From NCBI GenBank assembly GCA_963843575.1, contig CAWJKZ010000013.1:160001-224000 (forward strand): DNA of 64,000 bases, in the 5' to 3' direction. The translations under genes were made by a program, and so were the position numbers. Positions 9,720-20,851 of the stretch are shown here, in pieces. Position 1 is the first letter of the stretch, and each line of letters starts with the position of its first letter. Origin of the DNA: an uncultured Acidobacteriota bacterium (GTDB taxonomy: Bacteria > Acidobacteriota > UBA6911). A model generated the notes under the pieces. That model saw nothing but the letters and a program-made list of their open reading frames with translations, did not search any database and had not been told where the DNA came from.

Positions 9720-9792
9720 CAACAACCTGCCACGGAAAGCACCGAAACCACGGAATTTCAAATGTCAGTCTTCCGTGCCTTCCGTGGCGAGG
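9720..9792. repeat. Intergenic palindromic repeat, possibly a bidirectional terminator between convergent genes
   Basis: GCCACGGAA...CACGGAA versus TTCCGTG..TTCCGTGGC inverted arms. Confidence 0.5.
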
Positions 9793-9825
9793 CTTTTGGA
9801 TTTTCCCCGTTTCCTGCACGAGGGC

Positions 9826-10308
9826 CTACACCCGGTTCAGCTGCCAGATCGCATAGTTGAGCGCCGCCGCGAAAGTGACCCACAGAAGGTAGGGGACGAG
9901 GAGGAATCCCGCCAGAGCGGAGGTGCGCCAGAATGCAACGGTGGTCGCGAGAATTGCGCCCCAGAGTACGACGATTTCCGCAAACGCAGGCCCGGGCGAC
10001 CGGGCGCCGAAGAATATCACTGACCAGAGCACATTCAGGCCCAGCTGAATGAAGAACCACCACAGTGCCCGGGACACGCCCGGAGCATCCGTCTTCCAGA
10101 CCAGCCAGCCGGCCACTGCCATGCACAGATAGAGGACTGACCACACCGGACCGAAGACTCGGGCCGGCGGGTTCCACGCGGGCTTCCTCAGGGTCGGATA
10201 CCAGGAGCCCACCGTAGTGGATGTGGCCAGCGAACCCACACCCGCCGCTGCGAAGCAGACGAAGATGAACAACACCAGCGTGGCCCAGCCGCGCACACCG
10301 CCTGTCAT
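9826..10308 (-). CDS. tspO: TspO/MBR tryptophan-rich sensory protein
   Basis: WYPTLRKPAWNPP..VFGPVWSVLY, QLGLNVLWSVIFFG, LLVPYLLWVTFAAALN. Confidence 0.93.
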   Translation of the reverse strand: MTGGVRGWATLVLFIFVCFAAAGVGSLATSTTVGSWYPTLRKPAWNPPARVFGPVWSVLYLCMAVAGWLVWKTDAPGVSRALWWFFIQLGLNVLWSVIFFGARSPGPAFAEIVVLWGAILATTVAFWRTSALAGFLLVPYLLWVTFAAALNYAIWQLNRV

Positions 10309-10444
10309 ATATGGATCCTCCCGTGGACATAGGAATATTGCACGAGCCCGAAGCCATATGCCAGTGGCCCGCAAACCGCCTTGACTCCCGTGGAGCGTTC
10401 CCGGAAGATGGCGGCAGAACCTTCCCAACCCCACGGAGGCACGA

Positions 10445-11314
<870 letters not shown>

Positions 11315-11535
11315 AGGCTGCGAGTGCTGGGCAGCGAGCCCGGGGCCTGCCGGCTTCCCGCCGGGATTCCAGTTACGAATTTTGATTTCGTAATCCCCGG
11401 GGCGCTGTGCGGCCAAACCCATTTAACATCGGCATTTGGGCGTTGTCCGTGAATGGCTTGACACCCGTTCGCCTTGGGGTGTAAACACATAACCGTCAAG
11501 TGCCGCATTCATACGTTTCTTCCGGAGGTCGAATC

Positions 11536-11982
11536 ATGGCCACCACAGAAGGTACAATTCTCGTCATAGACGACGACTCGGACTTCCGGGCATCGGTGAC
11601 GGTGGTGCTGGAGGCTCAGGGTTACAGGGTGCTGGGCGCCGCAAGCGCCAGGGAGGGGCTGGCGAAGATCGCCGCTGAGAGTCCGGACCTGCTCATTCTC
11701 GATATCATGATGGAACACGACTCAGCGGGGTACGAAGTCAATCAAGCGGTGAAGTTCCGAGACGAGTATCAGCTCGCGCACGACATACCCATCGTAATGG
11801 TTTCATCCATCCCGCTTGACCCTGCCACTCGCTTCGACCGGGCCGCCGAAGTGGGAATGATCACTCCGGATTGCTACATGACGAAGCCGCTCAATTTCAC
11901 GGACTTTGTCGCACAGGTGCGCGACCTGCTGGCACGACGCAACAGGCGGGCAGCCGCCAAGGCTGGAACGTCCGCGTCCTGA
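11536..11982 (+). CDS. Single-domain response regulator
   Basis: ILVIDDD, PDLLILDIMM, YMTKP. Confidence 0.88.
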   Translation: MATTEGTILVIDDDSDFRASVTVVLEAQGYRVLGAASAREGLAKIAAESPDLLILDIMMEHDSAGYEVNQAVKFRDEYQLAHDIPIVMVSSIPLDPATRFDRAAEVGMITPDCYMTKPLNFTDFVAQVRDLLARRNRRAAAKAGTSAS

Positions 11983-12125
11983 AATCGTCGGCCTTCGGCG
12001 AGCTGGTCGGGATTCCCGGCACTGCACTCCCAGGCGGGGCTGGGATCTTCGACCCACTGACCCGCATCGACTCCCCGGGTGCGGGAAGGGGCGGATGTCC
12101 GCCCGGGATGCGTGAGACACCTCAA

Positions 12126-13280
12126 ATGGCCAAACCTGCCCTGGAAAAGCCTGTAATCGTCATAGACGACGACGAGATCATGCGGCTCTCGTGCGAGCAG
12201 ATCCTGCGCAAATGCGGCTACACGGTCGAAACCTTCGGCAACGGTCACGACGGCATCCGGCGTGTCCGCGAGCTGCGCCCGCCCCTGCTGATCGTGGACA
12301 TCAAGATGCCCGAGCTGGACGGGTTCGAGGTCATCGAGATCGTCCGACAGATCGACCGGGACCTGGTCATCGTCGTCATCACGGGTTATGCAACCATCGA
12401 GACTGCCGTCGACGCGATGAAGGCCGGCGCCTACGATTTTCTCCCGAAGCCTTTCACGCCGGGAGAGCTGCGCCTTATCATCGATCGCGGCTTCGAACGC
12501 TGGCGCCTGACTAGGGAGGCGCAACGGCTGCGCGACGAAAAGGAGGCGGTCGAACACAGGTTTGCGACGCTCGTCTCGCACCAGCTCAAATCCCCCCTGG
12601 TGGCCGTCAAGCAATACCTCGACGTCCTGCTGTTCTCGATGAGAGACCAGCTCCCGGACAAGGCGGTGGAATGGATTTCGCGGTCGCAGCTGCGGCTCGC
12701 GGAAATGCTGACCATCATTCACGACTGGTTGGCGCTTGGAAAGATCGAACGGGGAGCCTTGTGCGACAAGACGGCGTCGACCGATCTGGCCGAGGCGGTG
12801 AACGCGGTCATCCGGGAGAACCAGCAGCTGCCGGCGGCTGCCGACATCGCCTTCGAAACGGCGCTCGCCCCGGACATGCCGCCGGTGGCAGGGGACGCTG
12901 TCAGCATCACCATGCTGGTCGCGAACCTGGTGGGAAACGCGGTCAAATACAACCGCCCCGGAGGGAAAGTGGCAGTCCGGAGCCGGTGCGAAGGGGAGCA
13001 TGTGTTGCTCGAGGTGCACGACACCGGGATCGGCATTCCGGAGAGCGCGCTCCCACGCCTGTTCGAGGAGTTTTTCCGAGTCAGGAACGAGGCGACCCAG
13101 GACATACCGGGGACGGGACTGGGGCTCCTGATCTGCAAGAGGATCGCCGACGAACTCGGCGGGTCGATCGAGGTGGCCAGCAAAGAGGGGGAGTGTACAA
13201 CCTTCCTTGTCCGACTGCCGCGGCGGGAAGCGGGCAAACGCCCGTTGGACGGGCGTGGCCAGGAAGGTGAGATGAGATGA
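12126..13280 (+). CDS. Hybrid receiver-histidine kinase
   Basis: N-terminal REC (VIDDD, DIKMP, FLPKP); H-box SHQLKSPL, N-box NLVGNAVKY, DTGIGI, GTGLGL. Confidence 0.9.
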   Translation: MAKPALEKPVIVIDDDEIMRLSCEQILRKCGYTVETFGNGHDGIRRVRELRPPLLIVDIKMPELDGFEVIEIVRQIDRDLVIVVITGYATIETAVDAMKAGAYDFLPKPFTPGELRLIIDRGFERWRLTREAQRLRDEKEAVEHRFATLVSHQLKSPLVAVKQYLDVLLFSMRDQLPDKAVEWISRSQLRLAEMLTIIHDWLALGKIERGALCDKTASTDLAEAVNAVIRENQQLPAAADIAFETALAPDMPPVAGDAVSITMLVANLVGNAVKYNRPGGKVAVRSRCEGEHVLLEVHDTGIGIPESALPRLFEEFFRVRNEATQDIPGTGLGLLICKRIADELGGSIEVASKEGECTTFLVRLPRREAGKRPLDGRGQEGEMR

Positions 13281-13714
13281 GCGACTCGAAGTCGGTGCTG
13301 ATCGTCGACGACGACCGTGACTACGTCACCGCCATTGCCGCCCTGCTCGAAGCGGGCGGATACCGGACCCTCAGCGCAAGCAACGGGCGCGCCGGCTTGG
13401 AGGTAGCCAAAGAGCACCACCCCGACCTGGTCCTGCTCGACGTGATGATGACCGAGAGGACCGAGGGCTTCTCCACCCTGCAGGAGTTCCGCAGGATACC
13501 CGGGCTGACCGACACCCCCGTCATCGTTATCTCCTCGATCTACACCGATCAGCCGATCTTCCAGGTCAGCCCCGAGGCGGGCGGGCTTCCAGCGGACGTT
13601 TTCCTGCCAAAGCCCGTGGACCCGGCGCGCCTCCTGGAGGAAGTGCGGCGCTTGACGGGGGACGACTACCGCAAGTCCAGATACCTCGCAACCGACGGCG
13701 GGAGGAACTCATGA
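13277..13714 (+). CDS. Single-domain response regulator
   Basis: VLIVDDD, PDLVLLDVMM, FLPKP; ATGA overlap with the upstream kinase. Confidence 0.88.
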   Translation: MSDSKSVLIVDDDRDYVTAIAALLEAGGYRTLSASNGRAGLEVAKEHHPDLVLLDVMMTERTEGFSTLQEFRRIPGLTDTPVIVISSIYTDQPIFQVSPEAGGLPADVFLPKPVDPARLLEEVRRLTGDDYRKSRYLATDGGRNS

Positions 13715-13838
13715 AAATCTCGGGAATCTCAGAGCCCCTGGGGTCCCGGAGGTGAGCTCTTTCATACTGCCTCGCAGGCGCGAAGTACTCGAGGCCCCGC
13801 CAAGTCCGGAGCGCCCGGCGCCGGGGTTGTGAGAACCC

Positions 13839-15836
13839 ATGATCAGCCGACTTCGCGACATATCCCTCCGCGCTAAAATCACGGTCAGCTTCGTCCTGAT
13901 CGTTCTGGGCGGGACCTTCGTCTCCACTTCCATCGGCTCCCGGATCATCGCCAACGCGATGCGCAAAGAGGCCCTGAAGCAGGCGAGCCGCGGGCTCGAG
14001 ACCGCCGGGACCGTCTACACGGCGAGGCTCGACGGATTGCGCAAGTCCGTCGTCGCCGCAGCGGCCCAGGAACGGCTGGCCGCCGCGTTCTCCGGCGGGG
14101 ACGGGGAGGCGCTCCAGCAGGTGCTGTCCGACATCGCGCAAGAGAACGACCTCGACTTTCTCACCGTCGTCGCCCCGGGGACGGGTCCGGCAGCGCCCGC
14201 TGCGGATCCTGCCGCCCCGGACTCCCCTGGAGGTTTCCCCTCCCAGGCGATCCTCGATGCGCTCGGGGCCGGCAAAAGCTTCGCCGGAACGGAAGTGCTC
14301 GACCTGAACGCGCTCCGGGCAGCAAACCCGGCTCTGCCCGGGAGGGCTACGGTGACCGCCGATGGTTCGGGACGGTCGACCCGTGCGGGAATGGCCTTGG
14401 TCGCCGCGGCTCCTTTGCGCGTCGCCCGCAGAGCCTACAAGGGCGAGTCCTTTCTCTACGGCGGCATCCTGCTCGACGGCAACCACGAGTTGATCGATCA
14501 AATGGTGCGCCTCATCTACGGCCGTGATCAGGCGTCCGGGAGGGATACCGGCGCGGTCTCGATCTATCTGGGCGACCGGCGCATCTCGACCAATATCGCA
14601 AACGACCCGGCAAGTCGCGCCGTGGGGGTACACGTCTCGCCGGAAGTCGCTCGCGCGGTCCTGCGTGAGGGGGGGCGCTGGTCCGGCAGGGTACTGGAAC
14701 CCGACGGCTGGCATATGGCGGCCTACCAGCCGATCCGCGACCACTCCGGCGGCATCGTCGGCATCCTGGGCGTCGGGCTGCTCGAGGCGCCGTTCCTTGC
14801 CGTGCGGACCGACATGATGCTCACGTTCCTGATCGTGGCGGTGGCCGGCGTGCTCGTCGTTCTAGGTCTGACCTACCTGATCACCCGCAGCATGATCCAC
14901 CCCCTGGAAGAAATGGTCGTCGCCAGCAACCGGATCGCCGCGGGCGATCTCGATCACCGTGTAAACGTCAGGTCACAGGACGAGATCGGTCTGCTCGCCG
15001 GCTCCTTCAACAAGATGCTGGCCAGCATCAAAACCATGAAGCTCGAGCTCGAGGAGTGGGGCCGTACCCTAGAGGAGAAGGTCAGGACCCGGACCGAGGA
15101 ACTCGTCACCGTGCGAACCCAGATGGTGCAGTCCGAAAAACTTGCGTCCTTAGGGCGTCTGGCTGCCGGCGTCGCCCACGAGATCAACAACCCTCTCGGG
15201 GGAATCCTCTCGTTCAGCATGCTTGCGCTGGAAGACTGCCCTGCCGACCACCCGATGCGACAGAACCTGGAAATCATCGTCAAGCAGACCTTGCGTTGCC
15301 GCGAGACGGTGAAGGGGCTGCTCGATTTCGCCCGGCAGTCGAGCACACCCGCCAGTGCCATAGAGGTGAGCGCGGTCGTGGACAAGACGCTCTCCCTGCT
15401 GGAAAACCAGTCTATCTTTCACGACATACGCATCGTAAAGGCGCTGCAACCGGCGCTTCCCAATGTTCTGATCGATGCCGGGCAGTTGCAGCAGGTCGTC
15501 GTCAACATCGTCCTCAACGCGGTCGACGCGATGGAGGAGAGCGGCGTCCTCACGGTCGAAACCCTGAAGTCCGGGCAGACGGAAGAGGTGCTTCTGCGCA
15601 TCAGCGATACCGGGAAAGGCATTGCGGAGGACGTGCTCCCCTTCATATTCGAACCGTTCTTCACCACGAAGAAGGTCGGGCGGGGCACCGGGCTCGGGTT
15701 GTCCATCGTGCACGGGATCGTCACGCGCGCCGGGGGGAAGATCGATGTGGCGACCTCACCCAAGGGCACCGTCTTCACCGTCCGAGTCCCGATCGCGGAC
15801 GAGGAGAAGGGCGCGGGTGCCGGCTCGAGACCCTAG
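13839..15836 (+). CDS. Membrane sensor histidine kinase (Cache-like periplasmic domain, HAMP, NtrB-type kinase)
   Basis: Two TM helices, HAMP (DEIGLLAGSFNKM), GVAHEINNPL, FEPFFTTKKVGRGTGLGL. Confidence 0.9.
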   Translation: MISRLRDISLRAKITVSFVLIVLGGTFVSTSIGSRIIANAMRKEALKQASRGLETAGTVYTARLDGLRKSVVAAAAQERLAAAFSGGDGEALQQVLSDIAQENDLDFLTVVAPGTGPAAPAADPAAPDSPGGFPSQAILDALGAGKSFAGTEVLDLNALRAANPALPGRATVTADGSGRSTRAGMALVAAAPLRVARRAYKGESFLYGGILLDGNHELIDQMVRLIYGRDQASGRDTGAVSIYLGDRRISTNIANDPASRAVGVHVSPEVARAVLREGGRWSGRVLEPDGWHMAAYQPIRDHSGGIVGILGVGLLEAPFLAVRTDMMLTFLIVAVAGVLVVLGLTYLITRSMIHPLEEMVVASNRIAAGDLDHRVNVRSQDEIGLLAGSFNKMLASIKTMKLELEEWGRTLEEKVRTRTEELVTVRTQMVQSEKLASLGRLAAGVAHEINNPLGGILSFSMLALEDCPADHPMRQNLEIIVKQTLRCRETVKGLLDFARQSSTPASAIEVSAVVDKTLSLLENQSIFHDIRIVKALQPALPNVLIDAGQLQQVVVNIVLNAVDAMEESGVLTVETLKSGQTEEVLLRISDTGKGIAEDVLPFIFEPFFTTKKVGRGTGLGLSIVHGIVTRAGGKIDVATSPKGTVFTVRVPIADEEKGAGAGSRP

Positions 15837-16035
15837 TACGCAGTTTCACAATTCTGCTGACGTGTTCTCAGGATTGCCCAGAATAACGCGGCTGTGATTG
15901 GTGTTCATCTGCGGCTGGACCGGTCAAGGAAGACAAGGGCAAAAGCAGAACGCGGATCAACGCGGATGCACGCGGCCTGACACCAAAGCCTCTGTTTTTG
16001 ATCTGCGCGAGTCCGCGTCCATCCGCGTCCGAAAA
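15834..16035. repeat. Degenerate palindromic repeat / MITE-like element
   Basis: CAGAACGCGGAT..CACGCGGCCTG...ATCCGCGTCC resembles 63612-63744; left end TAGTACGCAGTTTCACAA resembles the ends near 23505-23570. Confidence 0.5.
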
Positions 16036-16263
16036 AAACGTCATCTTATTTATTCAATTGACCACTTATCCCGGATGGGCCGCGAACATCGTCGCGGGCG
16101 ACCGGACCCAGCAGCCGGCCGCCTTCCCACTTGACACTTTAGCGCGCCAGTTCATCCCATCGCGCACGCGGCGGGGTGATATGCTTGGCTGGCCGCAGAA
16201 GGCGATTCGGAGCATCGGCGGGTGCCGATGCTCCGCCGAACTCTACATGGAGGACAGCTGACG

Positions 16264-19084
16264 ATGCCCGGGTATGAGCCGCAAGCCATTGAGCTGAAAT
16301 GGCAGCAATTCTGGGAACGGAACAAAACGTTTCGCGCGCTCGAGGATACCAGCCTGCCGAAGCTCTATGTGCTCGACATGTTCCCTTACCCTTCCGGCGA
16401 GGGGCTGCACGTCGGCCACCCCGAAGGGTACACCGCGACCGACATGTACTGCCGGTTTCAGCGGATGCGCGGCTACAACGTCCTGCACCCGATGGGCTAC
16501 GACGCTTTCGGCCTGCCCGCGGAGCAGTACGCCATCCAAACCGGGACGCACCCGAGGATGACCACCGAACGCAACATCGCGAACATACGGCGCCAGATCA
16601 AGCAGCTGGGTTTCAGCTACGACTGGGACCGCGAGCTGGCGACGACCGATGTCGGGTACATGCGGTGGACACAGTGGATCTTCCTGGTGCTGTTCGACAC
16701 CTGGTACGATCCGGACTTCGAGTGGGTGGCGGCCGACGGCAGGCAGCGCCGGGGGAAGGGTCGGCCCATCGCGGAGTTGCCGATCCCGGAGGCCGTTGCC
16801 GCGGCGGGAGCCGAGGCGCGTACGTCGCTACCAGGACTCGTTTCGCCTGGCGTACCAGGCCGAGTCTCCCGTGAACTGGTGCCCCGCACTCGGCACCGTC
16901 CTCGCCGACGAAGAGGTGATCAACGGACGCTCCGAGCGCGGCGACCACCCCGTGCAGCGCATCCCGCTGCGCCAGTGGATGCTGCGCATCACCGCCTACG
17001 CCGACCGGCTCGTCGAAGACCTCGACGAGCTGACGTGGCCGGAGCCGATCAAGGAGATGCAGCGCAACTGGGTCGGGCGCAGCGAGGGGGCGGAGGTGGA
17101 TTTCTACGCCGGCACCGCCGGCGCCGGATACGAGGCGTGGCGTGCGGCGCGAGCCGCAAAAGGATATCCTGGAGCGCGCTGGCGTCGATGCGATCCGCGT
17201 TTACACGACCCGGCCGGACACGCTCTTCGGCGCCACCTACATGGTGCTCGCGCCCGAGCATCCGCTGGTCGACCGGATGACCACCGCCGAACACAAGGGC
17301 GAAGTCGACGCCTACAGGAACCGGGTCGCGACCATGAGCGAAGAGGATCGCATCGCCGGACGCGGCGAGAAGAGCGGCGTCTTCACCGGCGGCTTCGCGA
17401 TCAATCCCGTCACCAACGAAGCAGGTCCCGATCTGGATCGCGGACTACGTCCTGATCAGCTACGGCACCGGCGCCATCATGGCGGTTCCCGGTCACGACC
17501 AGCGCGACTTCGAATTCGCGTCGAAGTTCGGACTGCCCGTCCGGGCCGTGGTCATGCCCCCGAAGAGCTGGCTGGAAGTGCGCCATGCCACCGTCGAGGA
17601 CTTCGGGCGGCGGGTCGGCGAATTGACCGACTCCTTCGTCGACGAGGGCACCGCGATGAACTCCGCGAACCCGCAGGTCTCGCTCGACGGCCTGCCGACC
17701 GCGGAGGCCAAGAAACGCATCACAGCGTGGCTGGTCGCCGCCGGTCTCGGCCGTGGCGCCGTGAAGTACAAGCTGCGCGACTGGCTTTTCAGCCGGCAGC
17801 GCTACTGGGGCGAGCCGATCCCCATCCTGCACGAGCTGGACGCCTCAGGGAAGCCCTCCGGCCTCACCCGGGCCGTCGCCGAATCCGACCTGCCGGTGCT
17901 GCTTCCCGAAATGGAGGATTTCAAGCCGACCGGACGGCCGGGCGGGCCGCTGGAAAAGGCGACCGACTGGATCCGAGTGCACCGCGACGGCCGCGACTAC
18001 CTGCGCGAGACCAACACGATGCCCCAGTGGGCGGGTTCGTGCTGGTACTACCTCCGTTTCTGCGATCCGCGAAACCAGGATGCGGCCTGGGATCCGGCCA
18101 AGGAGCGCTACTGGATGCCGGTCGACCTCTACGTCGGCGGCGCCGAGCATGCCGTCCTGCACCTGCTCTACGCCCGGTTCTGGCACAAGGTGCTCTTCGA
18201 CCGCGGGCACGTCTCGACCGCCGAGCCGTTCCGGCGCCTCATCAACCAGGGGATGATCCTCTCGATCACCTACCGCACCGCCGAAGGACGGGTCGTTCCC
18301 TACACGAAGATCGATTTTACCGACGGCAAGGCGCTCCACGCCGACAACGACGAGGAACTCCAGGGCGTCACCGAGAAAATGTCCAAGTCGCGCGGCAACG
18401 TGATCCCGGTCGATGTCCCGCTCAAGCAGTACGGAGCGGACACGACCCGGCTCTACGAGATGTTCATGGGCCCGCTCGAGGTGACCAAGCCCTGGAGCAT
18501 GCAGGGCGTCGAGGGGATCAGCCGCTTTCTCAACCGGGCCTGGCGACTGATCATCGACGAGGATGCCGACTCGATGGGCTTGAGCCCGCGCATCGTCGAA
18601 CAGCCGGCGACGGAAGAGCAGCTCCGGGTTCTGCACAAGACTATCCGGACCGTCACCGAGGACATCGAAGCGCTGCGCCTGAACACCGCCATCAGCCGGC
18701 TCATGGAGTTCGTCAACTACTTCACTTCCCAGGCGGCCCGACCCCGTGCCTGCATCGAGCCGTTCGTCCTGATGCTCGCGCCTCTGGCCCCCCACATCGC
18801 CGAGGAACTGTGGCAGGCGCTGGGCCATGCCGAGTCGCTCGCATACGCGCCCTGGCCCGTATTCGACGAGCGCTACACCCGGGAGGATACGATTGCGGTT
18901 GCCGGTTCAGATCAACGGGAGGCTCCGCGGCCACGTCACGATGCCCGCATCGGCCGGCAACGAACAAATACGCGAGGCGGCCCTGTCCGACCCGAAGATT
19001 CAGCGGTACATTGAGGGGAGCACGATCCGCAAGGTGATCGTGGTCCCGGGTAAACTGGTCAGCATCGTGATCGGTCAGAAATAA
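16264..19084 (+). CDS. leuS: Leucyl-tRNA synthetase (reading frame broken near 16825, 17170, 17425 and 18895, probably sequencing indels)
   Basis: [14 protein letters not shown] (HIGH), editing-domain [32 protein letters not shown]-terminal [18 protein letters not shown] spread over several frames. Confidence 0.95.
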
Positions 19085-19095
19085 GGGAAGAAGCC

Positions 19096-19715
19096 ATGAA
19101 AATAGCCCGCAGCTTGTCCATTACCGCGCTGGCGCTGGCGGCCGCGGCGACGGCCTGTTCTCGCCGCGAAGAGCCGCAGCCGGCGGCCTCCGACGCGTTG
19201 AAACCCGCAGCAGCGCACGGTACCGCCCAGGTTCCCCCGGCGGCTGCCGAGGCTGGACTCAAGTTCACCACTCCCGACGGTTGGATTGAGGAGGCGCCGA
19301 AGTCGGCGATGCGCAAGGCCCAGTACAGGCTGCCCAAGGTCGGGGAAGACCCGGAAGACGCCGAGTTGGTCGTTTTCTATTTCCAGGGTAGCGGCGGCGG
19401 CGCCCAGGCGAACATCGACCGCTGGATCGGCCAGTTTACCCGGCCCGACGGCAGCCCCATCGGCGACGCGGCCCGAACCAGCAAGCGCGCAGGTCAACGG
19501 CCTTCCCCTGACGACCGTCGACGTCGTCCGGCACCTACCTGGCAGCCAGTGGCCCGATGCTGGCGGAGGTCCAGAAGAAACCAGACTTCCGGATGCTCGG
19601 CGCCGTGGTCGAAGCGGGCAACGGCCCCTGGTTTTTCAAGCTGACGGGTCCGGCGAAGACCGTCGCCAGGTGGCTACCGTCCTTCGACACATTCCTCGGC
19701 AGCATGAAGCAATAG
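19096..19715 (+). CDS. Conserved hypothetical lipoprotein (frameshifts near 19490 and 19527)
   Basis: Lipobox-like AATAC; GGAQANIDRWIGQF; continues in another frame as GPWFFKLTGP..WLPSFDTFLGSMKQ*. Confidence 0.6.
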
Positions 19716-19829
19716 CTCCGGTAACCTGGCGGACCGCTGCGTGTCGGAACGTCCCCGCGGTTTCGCCCGCTCGGTTGCCCTGCGCACCCTATCTTTGAGG
19801 ATAGGGTCAGGGCCGTACACTAAGACGAC

Positions 19830-20820
19830 ATGATCGAAGAAGGGAAACACCGCTACGGCCTGGAGACCCTCGCAGACAGCATACGTTCCGGGCTGGCCGT
19901 GAGCGGCCAGAAGAGACTGCAGTGCAAGTTCCTGTACGACGAGGTCGGCTCCGCGCTCTTCGAAGTCATCAGCGCGCTCCCGGAGTACGGCCTGACCCGT
20001 GCCGGGGAGCGGCTCATGCGGCGGTGCGCGGGCGAGATCGTGCGGCGGCTGCCGCGGCCCGTCATCGTGGCCGAGCTCGGCAGCGGCAGCGGGCGGAACA
20101 CCCGCTGGCTCCTGGAGGAGCTTTCCCGCCGCCAGAGCACCGTGTATTGTCCGATCGAAATCTCGCCCACCGCCTTGAAACAGTGCGAGCTCGAGATGAG
20201 CCGCATCGAGTCGGTCAGCGTCCTCGGCTATGAACAAGAGTACCTGGAGGGGCTCCTGCGCGTCGCCGCCGAACGCCCGGCCGGTGAAAGCCTGCTGGTG
20301 CTGTTTCTCGGCAGTACGATCGGAAACTTCGATCGGGCCGAGAGCCTCGTGTTCCTGCGGCAGGTGCGCGAGACCATGAGGGACGGTGACGCGCTCCTGC
20401 TCGCCGCGGACTTGGTAAAGCCCGACCGGCAGCTGCTGCAGGCCTACGACGACCCAATCGGGGTTACGGCCGCCTTCAACCTCAACCTGCTGGCACGCAT
20501 CAACCGGGAACTCGGCGCCGACTTCGACCTGTGCGCTTTCCGGCACGAGGCGCGCTACAACTGCGTCGAGCGCCGCGTTGAAATGCACCTGCGCTCGAGC
20601 TTCGAACCAGACGGTGAGGATCCCCGGCGCGGAGCTGGAAATCTCCTTTCGCGAGAGCGAGACCATCTGGACGGAGAGCTCGTACAAATACACTCCGGCC
20701 GAGCTGGTCAGCATGGGCGAGAAGGCTGGATTCCGCTGCGACGCCCAGTGGCTCGAGCAGGAGTGGCCCTTCGCTCAAACCCTCTTCTTCACCCGTGCGG
20801 TGTCGGGCCTCGAGGACTGA
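19830..20820 (+). CDS. egtD: L-histidine N-alpha-methyltransferase EgtD (frameshift near 20602)
   Basis: KFLYDEVGSALFEVI..LPEYGLTR, ELGSGSG, FLGSTIGNF, AYDDPIGVTAAFNLN, ETIWTESSYKY. Confidence 0.88.
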
Positions 20821-20851
20821 ATCTCCGGGCGCGGGAAACGCGGGAACCCGA

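Noticed and set aside
16080-16263. T-box leader before leuS
   Set aside because: No T-box consensus or terminator/antiterminator visible
16264-19084. leuS and other broken genes as pseudogenes or programmed frameshifts
   Set aside because: All motifs are intact and shifts are scattered single-base events without evident slippery sites; assembly error is more parsimonious
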